Assembly (NCBI GenBank): GCA_963831565.1
Contig: CAWHQS010000006.1
Span: 32,156 to 96,155, forward strand
Direction: 5' to 3'
Origin: Terriglobia bacterium
Lineage (GTDB): Bacteria > Acidobacteriota > Terriglobia > Terriglobales > Acidobacteriaceae
DNA: 64,000 nucleotides
Shown: one piece after another, positions 8,567 to 17,049 of the stretch
How positions within the stretch are numbered: the stretch's first letter is position 1
Layout: each line of letters opens with the position of its first letter
Notes under the pieces: model-generated
Seen by the model: the letters and a program-made list of their open reading frames with translations, nothing else
What the model was told of the DNA's origin: nothing
Databases searched by the model: none
Position numbers and translations under genes: made by a program

Positions 8567-9316
8567 ATGCCCGACAAATCTCCCGCTCCTGACGAAAAGC
8601 TGCAACTCGAATTTAACCGCTGGGCGCTGGCCGGTGAAGGCCCGAAGATGGAAAACCATCATCTCGACATCACCGAGAAGACCCTGCGGCTGATGGACCT
8701 CCGCCCCGGCGAGCGCGTACTCGATTTGGGCTGTGGCTCGGGGTGGGCGACGCGGCTGTTGTCGCGTTTGGTGGGCGATGGGCCCGAAGGTTTTGGCCAG
8801 GTAGTAGGTCTTGATGTTTCCGACGAAATGGTCCGGCAGGCCCGCGCCGCTTCCAAGGACTTTGAGAATATTTTGTACGTGTGGGGATCGGCGCAGCAGA
8901 TTCCCTGGGAGGAAAACTTCTTCGACAAAGTCTTGTCAGTGGAGTCTTTTTACTACTATGCGGACCAGGACCGGGCGTTGTCAGAACTTTTTCGGGTCAT
9001 GGCGCCGCATGGGCGTTTGTTCATCCTGATCAACCTGTACCGCGACAATCCCTACTCTCTGCAATGGGTGGACAAGCTGAACGTCCCGGTGCACGTACGT
9101 TCCGAGGCGGAGTATGTCGAGCTCTTGAAGAAACACGCGTTTGAAAACGTCGAAGCGCAGCGCATTCCGGACGACACGCCCACGCCGGACGACTACCAGA
9201 CGAAGTCCTTCCACACTCTCGACGATTTGCGAGCTTTCAAAAAGATGGGAGCGCTGCTGCTGACGGCATCCAAGCCCGACCTGCGGACCCCGGCCCCATG
9301 CTACACAATTTACTAA
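8567..9316 (+). CDS. class I SAM-dependent methyltransferase
   Basis: SAM-binding motif I is present (RVLDLGCGSGWATRLL), and the downstream acidic loop LDVSDEM fits the Methyltransf_11-like layout. Confidence 0.8.
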   Translation: MPDKSPAPDEKLQLEFNRWALAGEGPKMENHHLDITEKTLRLMDLRPGERVLDLGCGSGWATRLLSRLVGDGPEGFGQVVGLDVSDEMVRQARAASKDFENILYVWGSAQQIPWEENFFDKVLSVESFYYYADQDRALSELFRVMAPHGRLFILINLYRDNPYSLQWVDKLNVPVHVRSEAEYVELLKKHAFENVEAQRIPDDTPTPDDYQTKSFHTLDDLRAFKKMGALLLTASKPDLRTPAPCYTIY

Positions 9317-9323
9317 GACCCTG

Positions 9324-9450
9324 TGTGGGGCGGGCGCCCGCGCCCGCCGCCTTTGATTTTGACCTTGTGTCCTGCAGGAGCAGTGCACTTTCAACGGAAG
9401 ATTGAGCTAAGTCAACTTCAAAGGCGGCGGGCGAGGGCGCCCGCCCTACA
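9324..9450. repeat. GC-rich inverted-repeat element between convergent genes
   Basis: TGTGGGGCGGGCGCCCGCGCCCGCCGCCTTTGA (9324-9356) pairs with TCAAAGGCGGCGGGCGAGGGCGCCCGCCCTACA (9418-9450). Confidence 0.6.
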
Positions 9451-9458
9451 CGCGGCAA

Positions 9459-10616
9459 CTACTTCACCAGGCGGTTGTATTTCTTCAGCACCTCGCGCAG
9501 GCGATCGTGGGGTAGGCCGATGACTTCCACGTCGTTGATGCCCTTCATCGTCTTTGCGGCCACCATGGCATTGACCACTGCTTCTTCCGTGGCCTGCACC
9601 GTGGCGAGGAAGATCGGGTTCAGACGCTGGTTGGGAAGCATGGTCAACGGGCGGAGCCCCTTCGGTTCCGCCGCTCCGGGGTTGGCGGTTGAGAAGGCGA
9701 TAAAAATGTCTCCCGAACCATCGCCGGAGAAACTGCCATCTCGGCCAAGACCTAATGACACTTTTCTGGCCACGCGCTTCAATTGGGTCGGAATCAGCGG
9801 CGCGTCGGTGGCCACGACCACGATGATGGACCCGACATCATCATCGCGGACGGTATGTTCACTGATCTCGCGACCCACTGGCACTCCGGCGATACGCAAC
9901 TGGCTGCGGGATCCGTAGTTACACTGCACCAGCACCCCGACCGTGTAGCCGCCGTACTTTGAATCGAGCACGCGCGAGGAGGTCCCGATTCCGCCTTTGA
10001 ATTCGTTGCAGATCATGCCAGTGCCCCCGCCCACGCTGCCTTCTTCGACTGGGCCGCCCTTCGCGGTGTCGAGGGCATGGAAGACATGCTCCGGCTTGAC
10101 GTGAAATCCGTTGATGTCGTTTAACTCGCCATCCCAGGTTTCGGCAACCACGGGCAATGACCACCAGTAGCCGTCGTCGTCCGGGGGAGCATTCTTTACC
10201 CGCCAGGCAATGACCGCGTCGCGCACCACGCCGACGCTGTGCGTATTCGTGATCATCACCGGACCATCGAGAAATCCCGAATCTTCGACCCAGGTGGTCC
10301 CGGTCATTTCGCCGTTGCCGTTTAGGGTGAACCAGCCGGCGAAGACCGAATCCTTAAAATTGTGGCCGCGGGGCAGAATGGCGGTCACACCCGTTCGTAT
10401 CGGACCCACGCCAACTTTCAGCGGCCCGCTGCCGGAAATCAGGGTGGTCTGGCCGACCTCCACGCCCCTCACGTCGGTGATGGCATTGAGCGGTCCGGGC
10501 GTACCATCGAAGGGAACCCCCAAATCGCGGGCGCGGCCGGTTTGGGCCGCGGCGGTGGCGAGCAGCAATGAAAAAGCCAGGGCAGCGTGCAATGCTCTGA
10601 CTGCTTTCAGCATCAA
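9459..10616 (-). CDS. DmpA/P1-family (S58) aminopeptidase, secreted
   Basis: It has a signal peptide (MMLKAVRALHAALAFSLLLATAAAQ). It also has DmpA-like blocks: NAITDVRGVEVGQTT, GTGMICNEFKGGIGTSS and VVVATDAPL. Confidence 0.8.
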   Translation of the reverse strand: MMLKAVRALHAALAFSLLLATAAAQTGRARDLGVPFDGTPGPLNAITDVRGVEVGQTTLISGSGPLKVGVGPIRTGVTAILPRGHNFKDSVFAGWFTLNGNGEMTGTTWVEDSGFLDGPVMITNTHSVGVVRDAVIAWRVKNAPPDDDGYWWSLPVVAETWDGELNDINGFHVKPEHVFHALDTAKGGPVEEGSVGGGTGMICNEFKGGIGTSSRVLDSKYGGYTVGVLVQCNYGSRSQLRIAGVPVGREISEHTVRDDDVGSIIVVVATDAPLIPTQLKRVARKVSLGLGRDGSFSGDGSGDIFIAFSTANPGAAEPKGLRPLTMLPNQRLNPIFLATVQATEEAVVNAMVAAKTMKGINDVEVIGLPHDRLREVLKKYNRLVK

Positions 10617-10696
10617 AGTCCTCCGTGGTAGTTTTGGCAGTATAAAGGTATCCCGTGTTCGTCCTCGGGTACAATTCCGTCAAGGCGGAGGGTGGA

Positions 10697-10978
10697 ATGG
10701 AAAACTGGAAGGTGGCGCTGGTGAGTGGTGCGGCGGGCGTGGGCACGGCGATGTTTCTGAAGAAAAAATGGACGGCCGGAATCATTCTGGCGGGCGTCGG
10801 ACTGGCCACGCTGGCATCGGAATATCCCGAGAAATTCGCCGAGGTGCGCCGGCGGCTGCCTGACTTCATCGAGCGCGGCAACAATTTTCTCGAAGTCGCA
10901 ACCCGGGTGGGAGATCGCCTGGCGGAAGCAGCGGAGAGCCGCTCCCAGACGTGGTACGAGTCTCTGCTCACCAACTGA
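10697..10978 (+). CDS. hypothetical small membrane protein
   Basis: ORF 10655..10978 trimmed to the ATG at 10697, which is preceded by GGAGGG. It has two hydrophobic segments (ALVSGAAGVGTAMFL and GIILAGVGLATLA). Confidence 0.5.
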   Translation: MENWKVALVSGAAGVGTAMFLKKKWTAGIILAGVGLATLASEYPEKFAEVRRRLPDFIERGNNFLEVATRVGDRLAEAAESRSQTWYESLLTN

Positions 10979-10998
10979 CTTCGCTGAGGGTGGACGAA

Positions 10999-11319
10999 CT
11001 ACTCGATGCCCAGAGTCTTACGGGCATCGGGACTAAGCCGCTCTGGAGTCCAGGGCGGAGTCCAGACCACGTTGACGGTGGCATTGCGCACGCCGGGCAT
11101 CTGTTCCACCCGAGCCTTGACCTGTTCTCCGATCATGACGTGCGAGGGGCAGCCCTGGGCCGTGAGGGTCATTTCCACGGTCACGTCCTGTTTCTCCTCC
11201 GGCGCGGGATCAAAACGGACCCCGTAAATCAGTCCCAGATCGACAATGTTGACCGGAATTTCCGGGTCGTAACACTGCTTCAGGGCGCTAAGAACTTCGT
11301 CCTCGGTTAGGGTAGCCAT
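10999..11319 (-). CDS. DUF59 / SufT-like metal-sulfur cluster assembly factor
   Basis: The sequence MATLTEDEVLSALKQCYDPEIPVNIVDLGLIY...TLTAQGCPSHV is the characteristic DUF59 (MIP18) signature. Confidence 0.8.
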   Translation of the reverse strand: MATLTEDEVLSALKQCYDPEIPVNIVDLGLIYGVRFDPAPEEKQDVTVEMTLTAQGCPSHVMIGEQVKARVEQMPGVRNATVNVVWTPPWTPERLSPDARKTLGIE

Positions 11320-11388
11320 GCATTCTCCTCAGATCGATACCGATAGTTTACACGCCCGGCTGCAGTCGATGTCCAGGACCTCAACCTA

Positions 11389-12099
11389 ATGACTCCAGAA
11401 GCGAAGCGGAAAATCCAGCTGCTGCTAGTGGTTGCGATCGTGGCGGCAGGCCTTCGTGCCGGCTATGTTGTGTACGAGCGGCGCGCCAGCACGGCCGAAG
11501 AAACCAAACCGCAGGCGCCGCCCCTGAATCCTGACTATTACGTCATTCCCAAGAAGCTCTATCCATACGATTTGAAGTCGGCCAAACAGTTGACCCAACA
11601 GCCGGTGTGGGTCCGGGAAGGTTATCGCTTCACCTACTACCCCTACGACCAGTCGCGCCACCGCACCGATTTTGCCCATGAGGTCGGTTTGCTGCTGCCC
11701 ATCCAAAAGCTGGAGATCAAGGATGTGGTCACCGATACCGCACCCCACTCTGCCCATCTGCGCCAGGTGATGGCGGTGTTCGAGTTGGAGGGCAAGACTT
11801 ATGCCGTCCCGATCGGCTCGCAGACCGGCGACAGCTACCAGATTTACTCCGACGAAATGTTCTTCATCCAAGACCCGCACGAGTTGTACAAGCACTGGCC
11901 GGCCGATGTCTGGGCATCCATCGAGCAGCACCAGATCAAGCCCGGGATGAATGAGTTTCAGGCCTACTTTGCCATCGGAATGGGAGTCCCCGAGCGATCC
12001 AGCGATCCAGCGGTGAAGACAGTCCACTATCCCAACGGAGGCAAGCCGGTGACCATCACCTTTCGCGACGGCAAGGCCGCTGAGATCACGGGCGGGTAA
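11389..12099 (+). CDS. hypothetical membrane-anchored protein
   Basis: 236-aa ORF with one N-terminal TM segment (LLLVVAIVAAGLRAGYVVY). I recognised no domain. Confidence 0.65.
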   Translation: MTPEAKRKIQLLLVVAIVAAGLRAGYVVYERRASTAEETKPQAPPLNPDYYVIPKKLYPYDLKSAKQLTQQPVWVREGYRFTYYPYDQSRHRTDFAHEVGLLLPIQKLEIKDVVTDTAPHSAHLRQVMAVFELEGKTYAVPIGSQTGDSYQIYSDEMFFIQDPHELYKHWPADVWASIEQHQIKPGMNEFQAYFAIGMGVPERSSDPAVKTVHYPNGGKPVTITFRDGKAAEITGG

Positions 12100-12111
12100 G
12101 GGAAAGCATTT

Positions 12112-12189
12112 CAGATTGAAGATTTGAGGTTGCAGGTTTTCTAATCATAATTTTCCTCGGGTTTCCTGCAATCTAAAATCTGCAATCTC
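12112..12189. repeat. short-unit inverted array hairpin (AGATTGCA-type units) between convergent genes
   Basis: The arms CAGATTGAAGATTTGAGGTTGCAGG and CCTGCAATCTAAAATCTGCAATCTC match 21/25 as reverse complements. Confidence 0.6.
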
Positions 12190-12190
12190 T

Positions 12191-12610
12191 TCACTTCACC
12201 ACCGGCGATTTGTCGCTTGCCGGACCCTGCTCATCCGCGTGAATTTCACCGTCTTCGTCGGCCCAGAAGGAGCGGTGCTCCGCATCCAGCTGCTTGGGGG
12301 TGAGGGTCAGGTCGAATCCATCTTTGTTAGGCCGGAAGCCGACGGAGTAGTCGCCACGCTCCGGACTCACCATCCGCTTGGTAAACGATCCGGTGTGCAC
12401 CAGTTGCGCCAGCGACGTCGCGAACTTGTCATTCTTTTTTTTGTACAGCTTCTGGGCCCGCAGAACCGTCCGCATGTAGCCCAGGGCAGCAGCTTCCGAG
12501 TCCGATCGGGCGGGATCGCCCTTGAACTTGGGCTGGTATGTTGTCTGTGCCGCGGCGGCCAGACAGCTCACCAGCACTGTCGCCGCAACCCACCGAATAT
12601 ATCGTTTCAC
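12191..12610 (-). CDS. hypothetical secreted protein
   Basis: 139-aa ORF with a signal peptide (MKRYIRWVAATVLVSCLAAAAQ). I recognised no domain. Confidence 0.65.
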   Translation of the reverse strand: MKRYIRWVAATVLVSCLAAAAQTTYQPKFKGDPARSDSEAAALGYMRTVLRAQKLYKKKNDKFATSLAQLVHTGSFTKRMVSPERGDYSVGFRPNKDGFDLTLTPKQLDAEHRSFWADEDGEIHADEQGPASDKSPVVK

Positions 12611-12777
12611 CGTCTGCCTCGTGATTTTATGAGTAGTTACCCATCACATTTTAGATGCTAAACACGTTACCGGCGTAATCGTTATGGACCAGTCGAATGT
12701 TCTCATCGCCGGCAAATGCAGCTATGCTAATCCAGCTTTCGGAATAAAGCAGGAAACCCTATCAAACAGGAAACCCT

Positions 12778-13452
12778 ATGAAGGCTGCAACCGCCATGAA
12801 GGCTTCACCAGCAAAAAAACCGGCCATCCGACTGGCTGTGGTGGAGAGCGATCCACTGCGCTTTGTGGGATTTCGCGCCCTGTTTGACTCGGAGACGGAC
12901 TTCGAACTGATCGCGGCCTCGTTGCCCGACATCGGAAGCCTGCCGAACATTGATCTGGTGCTGCTGGGAAACCGCAACGGACAGAACCTGTTCGATCTCA
13001 TGGCCAGCCTCAAAGCCAGCCGTCCTGATCTGCGTATCATTGTGACAGGTTCGGGCATGGACGAGGAAACCATCCTGAAAGCCATTGCTTCCGGCGCCAA
13101 AGGGTACGTGGACGAAGCGGCCTCGCCGGCTGAGTTTGTGCAGGCTATTCGCATCGTGAACCAGGGCTCAGTGTGGGCGCCGCGCCGTGTTCTCTCGTTG
13201 TTCATTGAGCGTGTCAGCTCCGCACCTGGCCGAGTCTTTCCCGCCGGCCGAGTGACTTTTACCGACCGCGAGAAAGAAGTGCTGGAAATGCTGGTGGCGG
13301 GCCGCTCCAACAAGGAAATCGGCTCTGCTCTCGGTATCGAGGAACGCACCGTCAAGGCCCACGTGGCCAAGCTCATGCGGAAGGTTGGAGTCCAGAACCG
13401 GATTGCGCTTTCGGTGCACGCGATCACGCACTCGCTGGTCACGGCGAAGTAA
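12778..13452 (+). CDS. LuxR/NarL-family response regulator with a degenerate (pseudo-)receiver domain
   Basis: The C-terminal LuxR HTH is present (TDREKEVLEMLVAGRSNKEIGSALGIEERTVKAHVAKLMRKV). The N-terminal receiver fold is recognisable, but the acidic pair reads ES and the phospho-acceptor position reads DLVLLG (Gly64, nt 12967-12969). Confidence 0.8.
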   Translation: MKAATAMKASPAKKPAIRLAVVESDPLRFVGFRALFDSETDFELIAASLPDIGSLPNIDLVLLGNRNGQNLFDLMASLKASRPDLRIIVTGSGMDEETILKAIASGAKGYVDEAASPAEFVQAIRIVNQGSVWAPRRVLSLFIERVSSAPGRVFPAGRVTFTDREKEVLEMLVAGRSNKEIGSALGIEERTVKAHVAKLMRKVGVQNRIALSVHAITHSLVTAK

Positions 13453-13470
13453 GACAATTCTAGAATTTAC

Positions 13471-13570
13471 GAATTGCCGGTTTAGAATCCGTAATCCGTC
13501 AATCCGTCAATCCGTCAATTCGGCAATTCGGCAATTCTTCAATCCCTCATTCTTCAATCCCTCAATCCAG
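13471..13570. repeat. 8-bp tandem array (CAATCCGT / CAATTCGG / CAATCCCT units) with a short inverted left arm
   Basis: The array reads AATCCGTAATCCGTCAATCCGTCAATCCGTCAATTCGGCAATTCGGCAATTCTTCAATCCCTCATTCTTCAATCCCTCAATCC. The upstream CGAATTGCCG is the reverse complement of the CGGCAATTCG units. Confidence 0.7.
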
Positions 13571-13690
13571 CAAAATCCAGGTTTTTTGCAGCCCAAGGGC
13601 GAGGTTACTTTAGGACAGTGACCTGGGTAATCTTGCCGCTTTAGCCGGCTCGACGCATACTCACTTCACCTACCACAGAACCTGGGAGAC

Positions 13691-13740
13691 GGGGTTGGGA
13701 GCGGAGATTTAGGGTCACCGCTACTGGCCCCGATTTTTTT
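13691..13740 (+). terminator. intrinsic terminator candidate (14-bp stem plus T7 tract)
   Basis: GGGGTTGGGAGCGG (13691-13704) pairs with CCGCTACTGGCCCC (13718-13731), with 1 mismatch and 3 G-U pairs. It is followed by GATTTTTTT, with the T tract at 13734-13740. It lies 240 nt downstream of the response-regulator stop. Confidence 0.5.
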
Positions 13741-13860
13741 GGCTGCAACGATTTTCCTGCACCCTGATTCTCGGCCTCCTACTTTCCTCCGCAAAATCCG
13801 CTAAAATCAATAGTACTGAGTTGCAAATAGACTCTATCAAGTCCAGAAAGTCAGGAAGAA

Positions 13861-14553
13861 ATGAAAAAACTGCTGCTTCTGTGTGTAGTCGCCTGTCTCG
13901 CCCTTTCCACGTTTGCCAAGGATGATGATGACCAGAACAAGGCCGAAGACCGCATCAAGGCCGCTAGCACGGTGCTGGATGAGATCGAATCCGCTCCTGA
14001 CCAGGGCATTCCGGAGGAAGTCCTGGGGTCGGCCGAATGCGTGGCGGTCGTGCCTACCATGATTAAGGGCGGTTTCATCGTGGGTGCCCGCTTCGGGCGC
14101 GGCGTTGCCAGCTGCCGCACGCCCAAAGGTTGGAGCGCACCGGCCTTCTTCACCATCAAAGGCGGAAGCTTCGGCCTGCAGATCGGCGCCCAGGCGGTTG
14201 ATCTGGTCATGCTTATCATGAACGACAACGGCATGAAGAACCTGCTGAGCAGCCAGTTCAAACTGGGGGCGGATGCCAGCGTAGCGGCCGGGCCGGTAGG
14301 CCGACATGCTGCCGCTGACACCGACTGGAAGCTGAAGGCGCAGGTGCTGAGCTATTCCCGGGCCCGTGGATTGTTCGCCGGCCTGGAACTGAGCGGCGCG
14401 GCCATCGACCAGGACAAGGACGCCACCCGCCAGTTCTACGGCCGCATGGTGCCCTTCAAGACCTCGCTGACCGGCACCATTGACGTTCCTGCCAATGCCT
14501 ACCCGTTCCTGAATACACTGGCCAAGTGGGCCAAGACGGCAGCCGCCAAGTAA
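13861..14553 (+). CDS. SYLF (DUF500/Ysc84-like) lipid-binding domain protein, secreted
   Basis: It has a signal peptide and SYLF-type blocks (AVVPTMIKGGFIVGARFGRGV, FFTIKGGSFGLQIGAQAVDLVMLIM and KLGADASVAAGPVGR). Confidence 0.75.
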   Translation: MKKLLLLCVVACLALSTFAKDDDDQNKAEDRIKAASTVLDEIESAPDQGIPEEVLGSAECVAVVPTMIKGGFIVGARFGRGVASCRTPKGWSAPAFFTIKGGSFGLQIGAQAVDLVMLIMNDNGMKNLLSSQFKLGADASVAAGPVGRHAAADTDWKLKAQVLSYSRARGLFAGLELSGAAIDQDKDATRQFYGRMVPFKTSLTGTIDVPANAYPFLNTLAKWAKTAAAK

Positions 14554-14564
14554 GCCGCTTTCAA

Positions 14565-14624
14565 TGTAGGCGCGAGCGTCCCCGCTCGTGCTGCCCTGCA
14601 CGAGCGGGGACGCTCGCGCCTACA
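14565..14624. repeat. perfect 27-bp-arm GC-rich palindrome (possible terminator of the SYLF gene)
   Basis: TGTAGGCGCGAGCGTCCCCGCTCGTGC, a 6-nt loop, then GCACGAGCGGGGACGCTCGCGCCTACA. Single units of the same sequence occur at 35631-35656 and, inverted, at 34397-34423. Confidence 0.7.
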
Positions 14625-14685
14625 TCAAAAACGTCCCGGTTTGACATCCCACCGTCCCCTTGCTACCGTCACCAGTTTCCCCTAG

Positions 14686-15585
14686 ATGCGTCAGCGATTC
14701 GAGTACGCGCTTGCGTGGCCATTCATCAAAACGCTGAGCCTGTTACCGCGTCCTCTCGCGCGCGCCGCGGCGATATCTCTCGCCTGGATGGTTTACCTGC
14801 TACACGTGCGGCTGCGGCGAGTGGGCATGCGCAATCTGGCCATGGCGATGCCCGAGAAGAGCCGCAGGGAGCACGCCCGGATCCTGTGGGGAGAATTTAC
14901 CTCGCTGGGCCGCCAGTTGGCTGAGGTCTGCCAGTTTCCCCGATACACCAGGGAAAACGTGGGCCGGGTGGTGGTCTATGACGGTTTTGAGAACTACGAA
15001 CGGGCCGCCGCTCGCGGCAAGGGCGTATTGTTTCTTACCGCTCACTTTGGCGGCTGGGAACTTTCCGCTTTCGTTCACTCCCTGTATGGCCACTGGATGC
15101 ACGTTGTGGTGCGCAACCTGGACAACATCTATCTCGACCGTCTGATCCAGCGTTATCGCTCGATGCACGGCAATACGACGGTGAGCAAAGACAATTTCGT
15201 GCGCGGACTCCTGGAGGCGATGAAGGCGGGAGAGGTGGTGGGCCTGCTGATGGACACCAATATGACTCCGCCGCAAGGTGTGTTCGTGAATTTCTTTGGC
15301 ATTCCCGCCTGTACCGCCAGCGGACTGGCCAGAATCGCCCTGCGCACCGACGCCGCCGTGGTCCCGGGCTTCACCATCTGGGACTCCACGCTGCGCAAGT
15401 ACCGGCTGCGGTTCGATCCCCCCGTCAATCTGGTGCGCACTGGCAACGACGAAGAAGATATCGTCACCAACACCCAGATCTTCACCAAAATCACCGAGGA
15501 GTATGTTCGCCGCTATCCCGACCAGTGGTTGTGGGTGCACCGGCGCTGGAAGACGAGGCCGCCGGGTGAGCCGGGGCTGTACTGA
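14686..15585 (+). CDS. lysophospholipid / lipid A biosynthesis acyltransferase (LpxL/HtrB family)
   Basis: The 299-aa length fits, and the motif region FLTAHFGGWE (HX4-type acyltransferase block) is present. The C-terminal YPDQWLWVHRRWK is typical of LpxL-like proteins. Confidence 0.75.
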   Translation: MRQRFEYALAWPFIKTLSLLPRPLARAAAISLAWMVYLLHVRLRRVGMRNLAMAMPEKSRREHARILWGEFTSLGRQLAEVCQFPRYTRENVGRVVVYDGFENYERAAARGKGVLFLTAHFGGWELSAFVHSLYGHWMHVVVRNLDNIYLDRLIQRYRSMHGNTTVSKDNFVRGLLEAMKAGEVVGLLMDTNMTPPQGVFVNFFGIPACTASGLARIALRTDAAVVPGFTIWDSTLRKYRLRFDPPVNLVRTGNDEEDIVTNTQIFTKITEEYVRRYPDQWLWVHRRWKTRPPGEPGLY

Positions 15586-15593
15586 GAAGGGCA

Positions 15594-15692
15594 GCTTCTA
15601 GCTGCTGGCTACGAGCTTTTTGCCCGGCGCCAAGGTCGGAAGATTGCTGCTTTGAGGGACGAGCCGGTGGCTAGAAGCCAGTAGCTAGAAGC
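15594..15692. repeat. AGCTTCT-unit inverted array hairpin
   Basis: GCTTCTAGCTGCTGGCTAC (15594-15612) pairs with GTGGCTAGAAGCCAGTAGCTAGAAGC (15667-15692). It starts 9 nt after the acyltransferase stop. Confidence 0.65.
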
Positions 15693-15699
15693 GGGTCCT

Positions 15700-15843
15700 T
15701 CAAAACCAATCGCTGCGGTAGGCGATCCACCAACTGGCGTAGGCGATCGGGATGGTTGCCACCAGCGCCCACCAGATAGGCAGGATGAAGTCCGCGGCCA
15801 GCCCCAGCACCGTGAAGGCGGCCCAGAAGATTTTCTTCTCCAT
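15700..15843 (-). CDS. hypothetical small hydrophobic protein (47 aa)
   Basis: Hand-translated: MEKKIFWAAFTVLGLAADFILPIWWALVATIPIAYASWWIAYRSDWF. It has an ATG start, two TM-like segments and Trp-rich ends. There is no homology evidence. Confidence 0.35.
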   Translation of the reverse strand: MEKKIFWAAFTVLGLAADFILPIWWALVATIPIAYASWWIAYRSDWF

Positions 15844-15903
15844 GCCAACATTCTAGACCCGGGCTGGCTTTTCTTTCGCTGGCCAAACGTATACAAAGGT
15901 GCA

Positions 15904-16911
15904 ATGAAGCGGTCACTCCTTTCGGTTGCCCAATCTCTGCAGGCGCAGGTAGTAGGAGATGGCGCGGTCGAAGTCAGCGGAATAGCCAGCATTTCGCAGG
16001 CAACCTCGGTGGACCTGGTATTTGTGGAAGATGAAAAGAGCTTGCAGGCGGCGCTGGGATCGCGAGCCGCCGCGGTCATCGCGGGTGAATTCGCCCGGTC
16101 TGAGGGTTCGAAGAAAAATGGTGAAGGCAAGCCGCTGCTGATATGCCAGCATCCCAGGCTGGCGTTTGCACGCTCCGCACAACTTCTTTGCCCCGCGCCG
16201 GAGCGGCAGCCCGGGACCCATCCCACGGCGGTGGTGCATGCATCGGCCAGGCTGGGCAGGAACGTAATCGTGGCCGAGCGCGCTGTCATCGGCCAGCAGG
16301 CCGAAGTCGGCGATCAGACCTGGATTGGAGGCGGTGCCGTAATCGGTGAAGGGGTTCATATCGGACGGGATTGCGAGATATACCCCAATGTAACCATCTA
16401 CGCGGGCGCGCGCCTGGGCGATCGCGTGATCGTTCATGCCGGAGCGGTACTTGGTGCGGATGGCTTCGGCTATGTCCGCGATCTGGCGAGCGGACGCTAC
16501 GAGAAGTTTCCCCAGGTGGGACGGCTCGAAATCGGAGACGACGTGGAGATCGGGGCCAACTCGACTGTCGATCGCGGAGCATTGGAAGTGACTCGCATCG
16601 GGCGCGGCGCCAAGATCGATAATCTGGTGCACATCGGGCACAACTGCCAGATCGGGGAGGATGTGGTGATCGCCGCCCAAACCGGGCTCTCCGGCAGCAT
16701 CGTGATCGAGAAGAATGTTGTGCTCGGTGGCCAGGTGGGCATCGGCGAGCACGCCCGTCTCGAGGAAGGTGTAATGCTGGGCGGACAAGGCGGTGTTCTC
16801 CCCAACAAGGTGCTGCGCGGCAAGGGCGTGGCCTTCTGGGGAACGCCGGCGCGCCCGGTGCGCGAATATTTGAAACAGCTGGCGGCGTTAGCGCGCCTGG
16901 CTAGGAAGTAG
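15904..16911 (+). CDS. lpxD: UDP-3-O-acylglucosamine N-acyltransferase
   Basis: The sequence has LpxD-like length and N-terminal domain. A long left-handed beta-helix of hexapeptide repeats follows (IGDQTWIGGGAVIGEGVHIGRDCEIYPNVTIY...). Confidence 0.9.
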   Translation: MKRSLLSVAQSLQAQVVGDGAVEVSGIASISQATSVDLVFVEDEKSLQAALGSRAAAVIAGEFARSEGSKKNGEGKPLLICQHPRLAFARSAQLLCPAPERQPGTHPTAVVHASARLGRNVIVAERAVIGQQAEVGDQTWIGGGAVIGEGVHIGRDCEIYPNVTIYAGARLGDRVIVHAGAVLGADGFGYVRDLASGRYEKFPQVGRLEIGDDVEIGANSTVDRGALEVTRIGRGAKIDNLVHIGHNCQIGEDVVIAAQTGLSGSIVIEKNVVLGGQVGIGEHARLEEGVMLGGQGGVLPNKVLRGKGVAFWGTPARPVREYLKQLAALARLARK

Positions 16912-17040
16912 TCGTTGGTCATAGTCGTTGGTCCTTGGTCGTTGGCCAAAACCCGATGCCGCAGACGTCATTGGGTGCAAGGGCTAACGACCAACGACCG
17001 ACGACCAACGAACAACGACCAACGACCAACGACCAACGAC
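16912..17040. repeat. CGACCAA heptamer inverted array hairpin
   Basis: The left arm is TCGTTGGTCATAGTCGTTGGTCCTTGGTCGTTGGCC. The right arm is eight 7-bp units (AACGACC AACGACC GACGACC AACGAAC AACGACC x3 ...). It starts 1 nt after the lpxD stop. Confidence 0.75.
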
Positions 17041-17049
17041 TATTTCCCC

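Noticed and set aside
8330-8662. 110-aa minus-strand ORF and two plus-strand ORFs (8332..8562, 8354..8557) in the gap before the methyltransferase
   Set aside because: They run through GC-rich repeat sequence (GGCCCGGACGCCTTCGTCCGGGC and similar). They overlap each other and the methyltransferase start, and they have low-complexity translations.
16915-17049. N-terminal extension of ORF 16915..17682 (..RRPTNNDQRPTTNDY..), and similar extensions at 18943-19068, 35498-35599, 36881-37078, 38551-38676, 48193-48312 and 56656-56751
   Set aside because: These codons are translations of intergenic repeat elements. Better starts with RBS-like sequences, or with natural N-termini such as signal peptides, lie downstream.
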